The notes beneath the pieces are model-generated. The model had not been told where the DNA came from and did not search any database. It saw only the letters and a program-made list of their open reading frames with translations. A DNA stretch of 64,000 nt from the IMG/VR virus record IMGVR_UViG_3300032308_002246, positions 64,001 to 128,000 of that record, one strand, 5' to 3'. This DNA is from a virus. The position numbers and the translations under genes were made by a program. Below are positions 37,114 through 46,533 of this stretch, one piece after another. How positions within the stretch are numbered: position 1 is the stretch's first letter; each line of letters begins with the position of its first letter.

Positions 37114-37405
37114 GTCTGCCAAAAAAGAAAAAGAATATGTCGAGAGGAGAAAACTCGTTGCTCGACTTCTTGAAGAAAAACCATGGTGTGAGGCTTGTCC
37201 AGTTTTTGCTGAACACGATGGAAAAAAAATGTACAAACGCAATCAATCATCTGATTTGCATGAACTGAAGAGGCGCTCTCAAGGCGGCTCAATTCTGGAT
37301 GAAGAAAACATAATTTGTGTTTGCAGACCGTGCCATACCAGAATTGGAAATTATCCACAATTAGCTTTTGACCTTGGTCTAGCAAAGCACGGCTGGGAAG
37401 AATAA
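37103..37405 (+). CDS. HNH endonuclease
   Basis: CEAC...DLHELKRRSQGG...ENIICVCRPCH. Confidence 0.8.
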   Translation: MRYRSAKKEKEYVERRKLVARLLEEKPWCEACPVFAEHDGKKMYKRNQSSDLHELKRRSQGGSILDEENIICVCRPCHTRIGNYPQLAFDLGLAKHGWEE

Positions 37406-37492
37406 ATTCTTTTATAAGTTTTATTTCTGTTCTAATAATAATTAACACACAAGATATTTATTACTGGTGTATTGTTGTAATCCTTAGGACCG

Positions 37493-37551
37493 TTATAGGC
37501 GCGAGGGCCGGGTGCACAGGGCAACGTGCGGCACCCGGTTCTTGCGTGTAA
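37493..37551 (+). ncRNA. Candidate structured RNA (long GC-rich hairpin with G-U pairs)
   Basis: CGCGAGGGCCGGGTGC (37500-37515) pairs with GCACCCGGTTCTTGCG (37531-37546) using G-U pairs, inside an AT-rich intergenic gap. Confidence 0.35.
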
Positions 37552-37689
37552 TCAATTAAAAAAATCCACATATTTATTACCAGTTTCTATAAATATAGTT
37601 GGGTATAAAATCTCCTCATACGACTTAGGGAGGGGGTGGTCCATTTCTAAACGGGAAACCGTTGCAAGAAATATCCTTTACCTGGATTT

Positions 37690-37728
37690 GCCACTGTGAG
37701 AAAAAATCACAGTGGCTTCTTGCTTTCT
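37690..37728 (+). terminator. Probable intrinsic terminator hairpin
   Basis: GCCACTGTGA-gaaaaaa-TCACAGTGGC followed by TTCTTGCTTTCT. Confidence 0.55.
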
Positions 37729-37745
37729 GGTGTAGTTTTAATTAA

Positions 37746-38264
37746 GTGAATAGAAAGATAATGGGCTTAGACCTATCGCTGACTTCAACCGGATGGTCGT
37801 GCGATGGTGAGTACGGAGTCATATCTTCAAAGAATAAAAAGACACAAAGACTTGTTGATATATCTGGTGAGATTTTAGAAAAATGCTCAAAGCACAAAGT
37901 TGAAACCGTTGTAATCGAAGGTTATTCTTTTGCTTCTAGAAGTGGCCAGGCGTTCTCCATTGGGGAGCTTGGCGGAGTTGTTAGATTCTGTTTGCTTCAA
38001 TCTGGTTTTGAGTTTGTAGAGGTTCCACCTACGGTTAGGGCAAAATTTGCAACCGGTAGAGGCAATGCAGCTAAGTCAGAAGTTGTTTCAGCAATATCCG
38101 CAAAGACTGGAATTGTCTGGACTGGTTCTGGGGCTGATGACATGTGCGACGCTTGGATATTAGAAGAAATAGGTTTGGTCCACTATGGACAACAACGGTT
38201 TGATTGGCCTAAACTGAACATGTCAGCGCTTGAAAGCCTTGACTGGACACCAACTACTAGATAA
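37746..38264 (+). CDS. ruvC: RuvC-like Holliday junction resolvase
   Basis: MGLDLSLTSTG, VVIEGY, GELGG, KFATGRGNAAK, DDMCDA. Confidence 0.9.
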   Translation: MNRKIMGLDLSLTSTGWSCDGEYGVISSKNKKTQRLVDISGEILEKCSKHKVETVVIEGYSFASRSGQAFSIGELGGVVRFCLLQSGFEFVEVPPTVRAKFATGRGNAAKSEVVSAISAKTGIVWTGSGADDMCDAWILEEIGLVHYGQQRFDWPKLNMSALESLDWTPTTR

Positions 38265-38274
38265 AGGAAGAACT

Positions 38275-38613
38275 TTGAGCAGAAGTAGCCCGATTAGCCA
38301 GGTCGAAGTTGAAGAAGAACTTTTGCGTCTTGTATCTGTTCTTGAAACAGAAACAGAAGCATTTGAGACGCTCGCAGTAGATGCGGCAAAAAAGGAAGCC
38401 GCCTATAAGTCAAACTGGGCAAAATCATACCTTGGAGCGAAAGGCTCAATCAGGGAACGAGAAGCATGGGCCGACTACCAAATGAATGACGAGAATTACG
38501 ATTATAAAATATCGGAAGGTCTTGTAAAAGCAAAACGAGAACAACTTCTATCTCTTCGCACATCAATTGATGCTCTTAGAACGCTCAATGCAAACGTTAG
38601 GTCGCAGGTATGA
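38275..38613 (+). CDS. Hypothetical coiled-coil protein (likely TTG start at 38275)
   Basis: AAGGAAG upstream of the TTG; part of track ORF 38230..38613. Confidence 0.7.
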   Translation: MSRSSPISQVEVEEELLRLVSVLETETEAFETLAVDAAKKEAAYKSNWAKSYLGAKGSIREREAWADYQMNDENYDYKISEGLVKAKREQLLSLRTSIDALRTLNANVRSQV

Positions 38614-38711
38614 GGCTGAGCAAGAAGAATAAAAAGCTGTTCCCAGAAAAACTTACGAACGACAAAAGCTATTCATTTTCAATACTCAAAAAGAAAAAGA
38701 AAAAGAAATGA
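38610..38711 (+). CDS. Small Lys-rich protein (33 aa), not in the ORF track
   Basis: MRLSKKNKKLFPEKLTNDKSYSFSILKKKKKKK*, with ATGA overlaps at both ends. Confidence 0.5.
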   Translation: MRLSKKNKKLFPEKLTNDKSYSFSILKKKKKKK

Positions 38712-39487
38712 CAGAGAACATACATCCATCGCTATCTGGGATGACCATACCAATAAGTCAGCTGCGTCCACTTGAAAATAATCCACGGCGTGGAGATATT
38801 GGTGCGATTATTTCTTCTTTTAGGGAATTTGGACAAGTAACGCCAATAGTTGTTAAAGACAATGGCGATTCAACATTTACCGTCATATCGGGAAACCATA
38901 GGCTTGCGGCTGCAAAACAAATGGGATGGACAGAGCTTGCTTGCATTGATTTTGATGGCAACGATAAATCTGCAATTGCATTTGCCTTAGCCGACAACAA
39001 GACATCAGAGCTTGGAGAAACAGACCAATCAGTATTAATAGAAATGATTAACAGCATTTCATCGGATTATGTCGAGCTTTTTGACAAGCTTGGTTGGGAT
39101 GATTTTGAAATAGCTTCACTTTCGGTTGACGAAATTAGAAGTTCAAAAAACGATAATCGTTCCGGCTATGTTGCTCCACCAGAAGTAAATCCGTTTAAAC
39201 CACAGAATGATGTAGCTCCGTCTGTAGAAAAAAACTCAAACGACGAGAACATCTATGTTGCTTCAGATGAAGTAAACGAGACCGAAGCAGTAACTCGTGG
39301 AAGCTCTGCAGTGAACATCAAGGGTGGAGAAAAAGCTGTAGTCCAATACACGCTTGTTTTTGATGACTCATCACAACAGCGTGACTGGTATGACTTTATT
39401 CGTTACATACGAAATGACCCTGCGTACATGGGTGATACAACAGCTGCCAAGCTGATTGACTTCATTCGTTCTCATGCGGACTTCTAA
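38708..39487 (+). CDS. ParB/Srx-like N-terminal domain protein
   Basis: LRPLENNPRRGD..I..S.REFGQVTPIVV...VISGNHRLAAAK.MGW...ALADNK. Confidence 0.88.
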   Translation: MTENIHPSLSGMTIPISQLRPLENNPRRGDIGAIISSFREFGQVTPIVVKDNGDSTFTVISGNHRLAAAKQMGWTELACIDFDGNDKSAIAFALADNKTSELGETDQSVLIEMINSISSDYVELFDKLGWDDFEIASLSVDEIRSSKNDNRSGYVAPPEVNPFKPQNDVAPSVEKNSNDENIYVASDEVNETEAVTRGSSAVNIKGGEKAVVQYTLVFDDSSQQRDWYDFIRYIRNDPAYMGDTTAAKLIDFIRSHADF

Positions 39488-40650
39488 TGCCTAGACAGCG
39501 GATGTTTTTGTCAATGTCTTGCGTGGACGCTGCCCGTGAGAGGATGCGCCACATATACGACACTTTTGACACTGTGTGCATACAGTTTTCCGGAGGAAAA
39601 GATTCAACAGCAATTCTGTATTTGGCAAAAGAAATACACGAAGAGCGCAATCTTGGTCCTGTAAAAGTTATTTTTAGAGACGAAGAAATGCTGAGCCCAA
39701 CAATTGTCAAGTTTGTTGAAGAAGTACGCAATTATGACTGGGTTGACATGGAGTGGTACTGCTTGCCGATGGGCACGGATGTTTGGGTGCTTGGCAGACG
39801 TCAGTACTGCCTGCTGTGGTCAGCACAGCGCGCCAGAGAAGGCCGTCTAACGAGACAGATGCCAGAATGGGCAATAACAGCCGAGGACTTTGGGCTTGAC
39901 CCAAATAAACCAATACCGCAGACGATTGACTACTACACGATGCAGGGCAAAAAAGGCAAGGTTGCATTTGTAATGGGAGTTAGAGCAAATGAATCAATGA
40001 TTCGTTATCGCTCATTGGTTCAAAAACTGCATGAGAATTATATTGTTGTTCCGTACCGTTCAAAACGAAACATACCCCTTCGTTTTGCAAAGCCGATTTA
40101 CGACTGGACAACCGATGATGTTTTTAAGTTCATCGTCGAGGAACACGGTGGGACATACTGCGAGTACTACGACCTAGCTTCTTCAACAGGAAGCAACACA
40201 CGCGTAGGTATACCTTTGCACGCAGTTGCTGTTAGGCGGATAGGCGATGTTGTTGCAACGGAGCCAGAGTTCTATGACCGGCTGTGGGATATATTTCCCC
40301 ACCTTGATGCGCAGAGGAGAATTTGGCCAGACTACGACATAGAAATGGTCATTATGCGTTATGCCAAAGATGGGTGGGATGGAGTCAGGCGTTGCATTGA
40401 CGAAAACATACTCACAAAAGGCTTAGCTCAACGAGCTCTTGCTTACTCAGCAGAATTTCGTCGAAAGAGCATGAAGGAGCCGCTTTCCTATCCTGTTCAC
40501 TGGTTAATCAGAAATCTTCTAATGCATGAATTCATCGGAACATCTCCGCACCCAATTGGCCCAGGGACAAAAGCGTATTCACTTGCAATGAAAGAAGCTT
40601 CCGAACTTGCAGACATGGATTCACTTGACATAAAAGACGAGAAAATGTAG
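39487..40650 (+). CDS. PAPS reductase-family PP-loop protein (IbrA/DndC-like)
   Basis: FSGGKDS, FRDEE, GVRANES..R, KPIYDWTTDDVF. Confidence 0.88.
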   Translation: MPRQRMFLSMSCVDAARERMRHIYDTFDTVCIQFSGGKDSTAILYLAKEIHEERNLGPVKVIFRDEEMLSPTIVKFVEEVRNYDWVDMEWYCLPMGTDVWVLGRRQYCLLWSAQRAREGRLTRQMPEWAITAEDFGLDPNKPIPQTIDYYTMQGKKGKVAFVMGVRANESMIRYRSLVQKLHENYIVVPYRSKRNIPLRFAKPIYDWTTDDVFKFIVEEHGGTYCEYYDLASSTGSNTRVGIPLHAVAVRRIGDVVATEPEFYDRLWDIFPHLDAQRRIWPDYDIEMVIMRYAKDGWDGVRRCIDENILTKGLAQRALAYSAEFRRKSMKEPLSYPVHWLIRNLLMHEFIGTSPHPIGPGTKAYSLAMKEASELADMDSLDIKDEKM

Positions 40651-40653
40651 GAT

Positions 40654-41217
40654 TTGAAAATGTCTAATTCTCCAATCAACAACATCTCTTGGGTAGAAAT
40701 TGAAAAGCTAAAGCCGGCCGACTGGAGAACCACGCACACTCTCAAGCCAGACCTCAAGGTTCTGGCCGGTTCAATACTAGATTTTGGCTGGACTAGCCCA
40801 ATTGTTGTCCAGAAGGGTTCGTTCAAAATTATTGACGGATTCCACAGGTGGGTTTGTGCTCAATCTGAACCAGTAAAGAAAATGGGGAACGGAAAAGTCC
40901 CAATCGTGATTGTTGATGTTGACGAGATAGACGCAATGCTCATGCACGTGAGGCTGAACCGTGGCAGGGGCGATGTCGTGACGAAGCATCTTTCCAATCT
41001 TGTTCGCTCGGTTGTGCACTCAAAGAAATACTCAATTGAGCAGATAAAAGATTTGCTGACTATGAGCAACTCGGAAATTGCAGCAATGGTTGACGGCACC
41101 GTAATCAAGCAACGCAAAATAAAGGAGCACACGTACTCTAGGGCATGGGTTCCAATTGAGGCTCCGAGCGAGCCAGAAATGCCTTCTCTAGAGCGTCCGC
41201 CAAACGCAGATAGATAA
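40654..41217 (+). CDS. ParB-like protein (IbrB-like)
   Basis: SILDFGWTSPIVV...IIDGFHRW...HVRLNRGRG. Confidence 0.85.
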   Translation: MKMSNSPINNISWVEIEKLKPADWRTTHTLKPDLKVLAGSILDFGWTSPIVVQKGSFKIIDGFHRWVCAQSEPVKKMGNGKVPIVIVDVDEIDAMLMHVRLNRGRGDVVTKHLSNLVRSVVHSKKYSIEQIKDLLTMSNSEIAAMVDGTVIKQRKIKEHTYSRAWVPIEAPSEPEMPSLERPPNADR

Positions 41218-41276
41218 GTTTCGGCGTTATCGGGATAGCTGGTGTAAAATACTCGGTAGTATTTGACCCGGAGGTC

Positions 41277-41552
41277 TTGATGAATTTTCCGTCGGATGTA
41301 GAGGATGAAGAGCTTACAGAAGAAGCTGTAGACATCATCCCAGAGCTTGAGCCAACAGGAACCGAATTGGTCCCTGTGCCCACCCCTACCCCTCAAAGAA
41401 AACCAGCATGGTGGAGAAGAGCTGTTGCGTATTCGGTAAGAAGGCTGGCAGATAGTATCCAGTTTGGCCGTGGCGCAAGACAACGGACTCAGCCTGGCGA
41501 AGGTCGCAATTTGGCTCGGGAGGCAAGAGGCCGAATAACTGGAAGGGGCTAG
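41277..41552 (+). CDS. Hypothetical protein (acidic N-terminus, Arg-rich C-terminus)
   Basis: GGAGG RBS; first gene of the neck/tail block. Confidence 0.65.
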   Translation: MMNFPSDVEDEELTEEAVDIIPELEPTGTELVPVPTPTPQRKPAWWRRAVAYSVRRLADSIQFGRGARQRTQPGEGRNLAREARGRITGRG

Positions 41553-41559
41553 GTTAAAA

Positions 41560-42417
41560 ATGCTAGTCAGCTTGTCAGAATTAAAGACGTACATGGACAT
41601 ATCTCTTACGCAACGGCAACAAGACGCCGTTGAAATGATACTCCTTGGCCTAGAGAGCGAACTTGAAGCGTTCCTTGGTAGACCTGTATCCCAGGAAGAG
41701 GTAACGGAAGAACATGTTATTCCTTCATATTTTCAGGGCGTCCCTGCAACATCTTTTTTTTACGACCACAGTCTTGATTCAACTGAAACCGGGCTCAACT
41801 ATATTCAGCCTTCACAAATAATTTATGCACGAAATTCACCAATAACAAATGTCAGGCAAGTAACAATTAAAAACTTGGCTTCTGTGCCGGTGAACCTTGC
41901 TGAGGCCATGCAGAGAAAAGCCACAATTACATCTGCTTCAGTCAATGGTCCCTCTGTTGTTTTTACTGCGGACAACGACTTCACAATTGGGCAGCGAGTT
42001 ACTGTTTCAAATATAACCCCGTCAACTCTTCAAATTAGCGCAAGAGAAATAACTGCAGTAACTCCAACCACATTTACAGTTGGCGACGCCGCTGGAGCAA
42101 ACGGTTCGTATGTTTCTGGTGGATTGGCTACAGCTACGGGAAATGATTACACCGTGCATAGATACGGAGTTGAACTCTATAGGGGCTTTCCTAACGACGT
42201 TGTGAGTATTACTTATACCGGTGGTCTTGATGGCTCAGCAATAAAAATGTTCAAGTTGATGATTCTTAGAGCTGCTTCTCGTGAAGTTCAAAACATGCAC
42301 GATGATGTCGTTGGCCTAAAAGATTTGAATACAAGAAATGTTGCACCACTTGAAACAGGATTCTTAGAAAAAGAACTTATGGCAATGAAGTCATACAAGA
42401 GAAGACGAATTGCGTAA
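41560..42417 (+). CDS. Head-tail adaptor (gp6/gp15-like) with an inserted beta-rich domain
   Basis: MLVSLSELKTYM...LEAFLGR, ITYTGG, C-terminal L..YKRRRI. Confidence 0.75.
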   Translation: MLVSLSELKTYMDISLTQRQQDAVEMILLGLESELEAFLGRPVSQEEVTEEHVIPSYFQGVPATSFFYDHSLDSTETGLNYIQPSQIIYARNSPITNVRQVTIKNLASVPVNLAEAMQRKATITSASVNGPSVVFTADNDFTIGQRVTVSNITPSTLQISAREITAVTPTTFTVGDAAGANGSYVSGGLATATGNDYTVHRYGVELYRGFPNDVVSITYTGGLDGSAIKMFKLMILRAASREVQNMHDDVVGLKDLNTRNVAPLETGFLEKELMAMKSYKRRRIA

Positions 42418-43013
42418 TGGATGCTCCAAGAGAAATTTATCGTTCTTTAAAAGTTGATACTGATTTTGATAAAAAATCATTGTTAAAAGTAATTGGAGAA
42501 ATAAAAGCTTTAGAAAAATCTATTGATTCTATTGGCTCAAGTTCTCCCGGTGGTTCACGGATTGAATTTGAACCTGATTTTTCTGAAGCATATGAATTGC
42601 TGGCAGAAATAGGTGCTCGAGGTTCGTTTACCGCTCCGGTTTTTCCAGTACTAAAGAAACAAGTACAGGCTATGAATGCTGCAAACTTTGCATCAAACGG
42701 ACTGCCTTCTGGTGGATGGAAACCACTTGATGCAAAATATGCTGCATGGAAGTCAATTCGCTTTCCAGGCGCTCCGCCGATGGTTAGAACTGGAGCATTG
42801 ATGGAGTCGCTGACTACCACTCCTTTGGTGCAAAACGAAACTACAACATCTTTTGAAATTGGAACAGCAATACCGTATGCAAGATTCCATCAAACAGGCA
42901 CTTTCAAAATGCCAAAAAGACAAGTTGTTTACGAGCCAGTTGGTTTTGCTGAATTCGCAAGCGAGATAATTGCTGATTATGTTGCAGGCATAAGTAAGGT
43001 CCCAGGTGTCTAA
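42417..43013 (+). CDS. Virion morphogenesis / tail completion protein (Mu gpG / P2 gpS-like)
   Basis: WKPL...RTGALMESL...IGTAIPYARFHQTGT.KMPKR. Confidence 0.8.
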   Translation: MDAPREIYRSLKVDTDFDKKSLLKVIGEIKALEKSIDSIGSSSPGGSRIEFEPDFSEAYELLAEIGARGSFTAPVFPVLKKQVQAMNAANFASNGLPSGGWKPLDAKYAAWKSIRFPGAPPMVRTGALMESLTTTPLVQNETTTSFEIGTAIPYARFHQTGTFKMPKRQVVYEPVGFAEFASEIIADYVAGISKVPGV

Positions 43014-43609
43014 TGGCTTCAGAGGTAATGTATGGACCGCAGTTTGCGAAGCAATTTGTTAACGAGTATCTAATATCAGAGATGCCACTTAGGCTGACTC
43101 GCTATAGAAACGCATGGAACCTTAGCACTAGCGAGCTTCCTGACATAGAAGACATATTTGCTTTTGAACCATTAGCAATGGATAAATGGCCAACAATAAT
43201 AACTGTTGCAATATCGACTAAGTCTTTGGTTCGCACAGGATTTAATCTCACTAATAATCCTGAATACAATGTCACCTATGCAATGCGTACATATGTGTGG
43301 GCGCGTAGTGATGGCGCTCAAGACACAACACTAATGAGAGACAGGCTGACAACTGTTGTTCGGTCTGCACTCATGGACCATCCATGTCTTCAAAGGTCAA
43401 ATCCCGAGAGAGAAGCGCTTATCGAAGAGTCATCAATCAATGAGGAGTACTCTGAATTGACTTTGCTAAAAGGCGATAGGTATCTTGCTGGTGCATATAT
43501 TGCCTATGACCTCAGAATCGAAGAAGCTATAGAAAGAGACAATTTGGGAACCGTTTCTGAAATTGGCCTTGAGTGGCAAAGTCCTTCAAGTTGGTATCTA
43601 AATGAATAA
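43013..43609 (+). CDS. Putative tail terminator / neck protein
   Basis: Position and size before the sheath gene. Confidence 0.55.
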   Translation: MASEVMYGPQFAKQFVNEYLISEMPLRLTRYRNAWNLSTSELPDIEDIFAFEPLAMDKWPTIITVAISTKSLVRTGFNLTNNPEYNVTYAMRTYVWARSDGAQDTTLMRDRLTTVVRSALMDHPCLQRSNPEREALIEESSINEEYSELTLLKGDRYLAGAYIAYDLRIEEAIERDNLGTVSEIGLEWQSPSSWYLNE

Positions 43610-43940
43610 TTTTGAAAAACTGGACGAAGAAACCCCAGTCCTTCCGCAAAGATTCGCTGGGATGATTCAGGTAAAGAACATCTCTGGTCGTACTGTTGCT
43701 GCTGATTCGCAAGGCAATTATATGACCCCAGACTCCTATGCCGCAGTAAACCCGTTTGATGTGACGGTGATGAAACAACTAGGCAAAGGTATTTTTCAAG
43801 TAATCGAATTTTTAATAGATGAAAGTAATTTATCTTCTAAGACGATTGTCAATAAAATACCTAAAAAGAAAAAGAATAAACCACAAAGCATTCCGGCTGG
43901 AGGGGCACTTCCACCCGGGAAATGCTGCCCAACACGCTAA
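43602..43940 (+). CDS. Hypothetical protein
   Basis: Co-oriented and overlaps the previous gene. Confidence 0.6.
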   Translation: MNNFEKLDEETPVLPQRFAGMIQVKNISGRTVAADSQGNYMTPDSYAAVNPFDVTVMKQLGKGIFQVIEFLIDESNLSSKTIVNKIPKKKKNKPQSIPAGGALPPGKCCPTR

Positions 43941-44065
43941 TATGTATTGGTGACTTTGAAATAAAGTTTATAAAAATAAGTTGCCAAAGAAAGTTCTACT
44001 ATGGTGGTATCATCGCTGTGGTTAAAGAACGTAAAAATTCTAGGCAGGAACCGAAGGAGTGACAA

Positions 44066-45523
44066 ATGGCGGGCATCGTACTCACCACGGCAGTAAGAAC
44101 AGGTCCAGTAACTACTACAACTGCACCTACATCGACGTTGTTTATAGCTGGCGTCACCGAAAAGGGGCCGGAAGGTGATGCAAAGCTAATCACCAGTGTT
44201 GCTGACTACAACGCAATCTACGGTGGATACACATCTGCTGGATATGTGCACGAATCAGTCCAAATGTTTTTTGAAGAAGGTGGCTCACGCGCCTATGTTT
44301 CAAGAGTTATTCCTTCAGATGCAGTTAGTGCATCTTGCACAGTAGCTGATGCATCAGCTGGAACTGTTGTTACACTAATTGCATCTGGTGAGGGTACATG
44401 GCCGCACTCTGGTGCGCTCACAGTTGGTGTAATTCAGCCAACTGGTTCAACATTTAGACTTCGTATTTTCTCGGATGGCGACCTTGTCTACACGACTCCA
44501 ATTTGTACAACCAAGTCAGAACTTGTTGACGAAATTAATAACAGCACAGTTGCTGGTCTTTATGTAACCGCAGTTGCTGGAGCAAGCAGCTTGATTCCAC
44601 AGGTAACAGTTTCAAACTTGAACTTCACCGGTGGCAGCAATGGAACAACAGTAACCGATGCAGATGTTGAAACAGCTTTTGAAGCTTTTGTTCCAACACT
44701 TGGACCAGGAGCTATTGCCGCTCCTGGTTTCTACACACAGACTGTTTATGAAGCATTGATTGACCATGCAAAAGGCAACAACAGAATTGCTTTGCTTGGT
44801 TTTGACAAGGACGATACGGTCAACGATGTTTTGAGCGTAACTTCAAACTATGAGGACAGAGATGGCGCTGAAAGTGCCGCATGGTTTTATCCATGGGTAA
44901 AAATCCCAAGAGGAAACCTGACAATCTCAGTACCTTGCGAAGGTTATGTTGCCGCCAAGAGAGCAGCTGTACACAACAAGCTTGGTTCTTGGCACGCATA
45001 TGCAGGCCTTAAGAGCGAAGCACGTTTTGTTACTGGTGTGCAGACAACAATCTCTTCTACGCAGGCTGATGCATTGGACCTCGTTTACATCAACCCAATT
45101 AGAATCATCAGCGGAACTGTAAGAATTTACGGAGCACGTTCAGCTTCAACCGACACAGTCAACTTCAGATACATCAACTCAAGAGAAGTGCTCAATGACA
45201 TCATTGACAAAGCTCAGAGTGGTCTTGAAGCTCTTGTGTTCTCGGTAATTGATGGTAGAAGAAGCCTCTTCGGAGAAGTTGCTGCTGTGCTCATCAATGT
45301 GCTTGACCCAATTTCAAAAGCTGGTGGACTGTTTGAGTTGTATGACGCAAACGGAAAGCGCCTTGACCCTGGCTACACAATCCAGGTAAACGACGCAATC
45401 AACCCAATTTCACAGCTTGCCACAGGCGTGGTTAAAGCTAAGGTCGGCGCAAGAGTGTCAAGCATAGGTGACACTATTGAAGTCGAAATAACAAAATCAA
45501 ATCTTACGTCTTCGCTAGGCTAA
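44066..45523 (+). CDS. Contractile tail sheath protein
   Basis: FIAGVTEKGP, MFFEEGGSRAYVSRV, AAWFYPW, INPIR..GTVRIYGARS, RYINSR. Confidence 0.93.
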   Translation: MAGIVLTTAVRTGPVTTTTAPTSTLFIAGVTEKGPEGDAKLITSVADYNAIYGGYTSAGYVHESVQMFFEEGGSRAYVSRVIPSDAVSASCTVADASAGTVVTLIASGEGTWPHSGALTVGVIQPTGSTFRLRIFSDGDLVYTTPICTTKSELVDEINNSTVAGLYVTAVAGASSLIPQVTVSNLNFTGGSNGTTVTDADVETAFEAFVPTLGPGAIAAPGFYTQTVYEALIDHAKGNNRIALLGFDKDDTVNDVLSVTSNYEDRDGAESAAWFYPWVKIPRGNLTISVPCEGYVAAKRAAVHNKLGSWHAYAGLKSEARFVTGVQTTISSTQADALDLVYINPIRIISGTVRIYGARSASTDTVNFRYINSREVLNDIIDKAQSGLEALVFSVIDGRRSLFGEVAAVLINVLDPISKAGGLFELYDANGKRLDPGYTIQVNDAINPISQLATGVVKAKVGARVSSIGDTIEVEITKSNLTSSLG

Positions 45524-45539
45524 ACGGAGGAAAATCACA

Positions 45540-45998
45540 ATGGCTAAGCTTTCTCAGCGTCAAATATTGGCAAAAATCGCACCGGTTAACACGCAGGTGC
45601 ACCCAGACCTTTCTGGATATTTTGCCCAAGTGTCGGGTGGGGAGATAACTGCCGCCGTAGAAAAAATCTACGTTGGTGGAGAGAAGTTCCCTGAACTGCT
45701 CTGTGCTCCTTCCGAAGTCGGCGACATCACACTTACTCGTCACTACTCCGAAGAAGATAGAGGCAAATTGAACTCGCTTCGTCAGTATGTCGGCGCAGCG
45801 TTTTATAATGTGACTATTTATTATCTAAACTGTGACATTTCTTCAGGCAAGCCTGACAGAGCTTACGCCAACTGCTTGTTGGTAGGTCTGACAGAACCAG
45901 ATGGAGACTCTTCATCCGGTGCTCCAGCAACATTTGCACTCACGTTCTCGGTGAACAAGGGTCCTGCAGATGTGGCTGATGGAACATTCCAGTTCTAA
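45540..45998 (+). CDS. Tail tube protein
   Basis: Follows the sheath gene; FAQVSGGE...VGDITLTR...PDGDSSS..ATFALTF. Confidence 0.8.
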   Translation: MAKLSQRQILAKIAPVNTQVHPDLSGYFAQVSGGEITAAVEKIYVGGEKFPELLCAPSEVGDITLTRHYSEEDRGKLNSLRQYVGAAFYNVTIYYLNCDISSGKPDRAYANCLLVGLTEPDGDSSSGAPATFALTFSVNKGPADVADGTFQF

Positions 45999-46047
45999 AT
46001 AAAAAATCATCTGCCATCACACATTAAGCGTGTGCTAGGTTTTGGGC

Positions 46048-46533
46048 ATGACAGAAAAATCAGCTCCTAAAGAAATTCAAGAAGAAACAATCCTCAATCA
46101 GTTGAAGTCCGTTATTGCCAAGAAAGTAGAACGGGCAGAAGTTTTTATTGAGGTCCCAGAACGCATCGGCGTAAAATTGCTGGTTAGCCCAAATGTTACT
46201 CAACAACAAATGAGAGCATGGCAGAAGCAGTGTGGCGGAGATTCTCCTAAGGGGATGGACGCAACAAAGTTTGCATGCACAGTTGTTGGACAAACAACAA
46301 AGGGTGTTTTTCTAAACGGCGAAGAAGTTCTTGATGATGGTTGGCCATGCACATTTGGTTCACCAATCATCTTGGAAATGACAGGTACGACAAAAGCAGT
46401 TCCAGACGCAGTTCAAAAGTTTTTTGGTCTGGATGCACATGTTGAAGCAGCAGCTCTTGCAATCATTGAAGCCTGTGGTTTTGGTGACACAATCTCGGCG
46501 GAGGCTACCGAAAACCCTACGAAACGGTCATAG
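46048..46533 (+). CDS. Tail assembly chaperone (G); ATG at 46048
   Basis: Lies between tube and tape measure genes; ends ENPTKRS* with a slippery site. Confidence 0.75.
   Translation: MTEKSAPKEIQEETILNQLKSVIAKKVERAEVFIEVPERIGVKLLVSPNVTQQQMRAWQKQCGGDSPKGMDATKFACTVVGQTTKGVFLNGEEVLDDGWPCTFGSPIILEMTGTTKAVPDAVQKFFGLDAHVEAAALAIIEACGFGDTISAEATENPTKRS

Noticed and set aside
37493-37551. tRNA or SRP RNA
   Set aside because: No cloverleaf, T-loop or SRP loop consensus; kept only as an unclassified hairpin.
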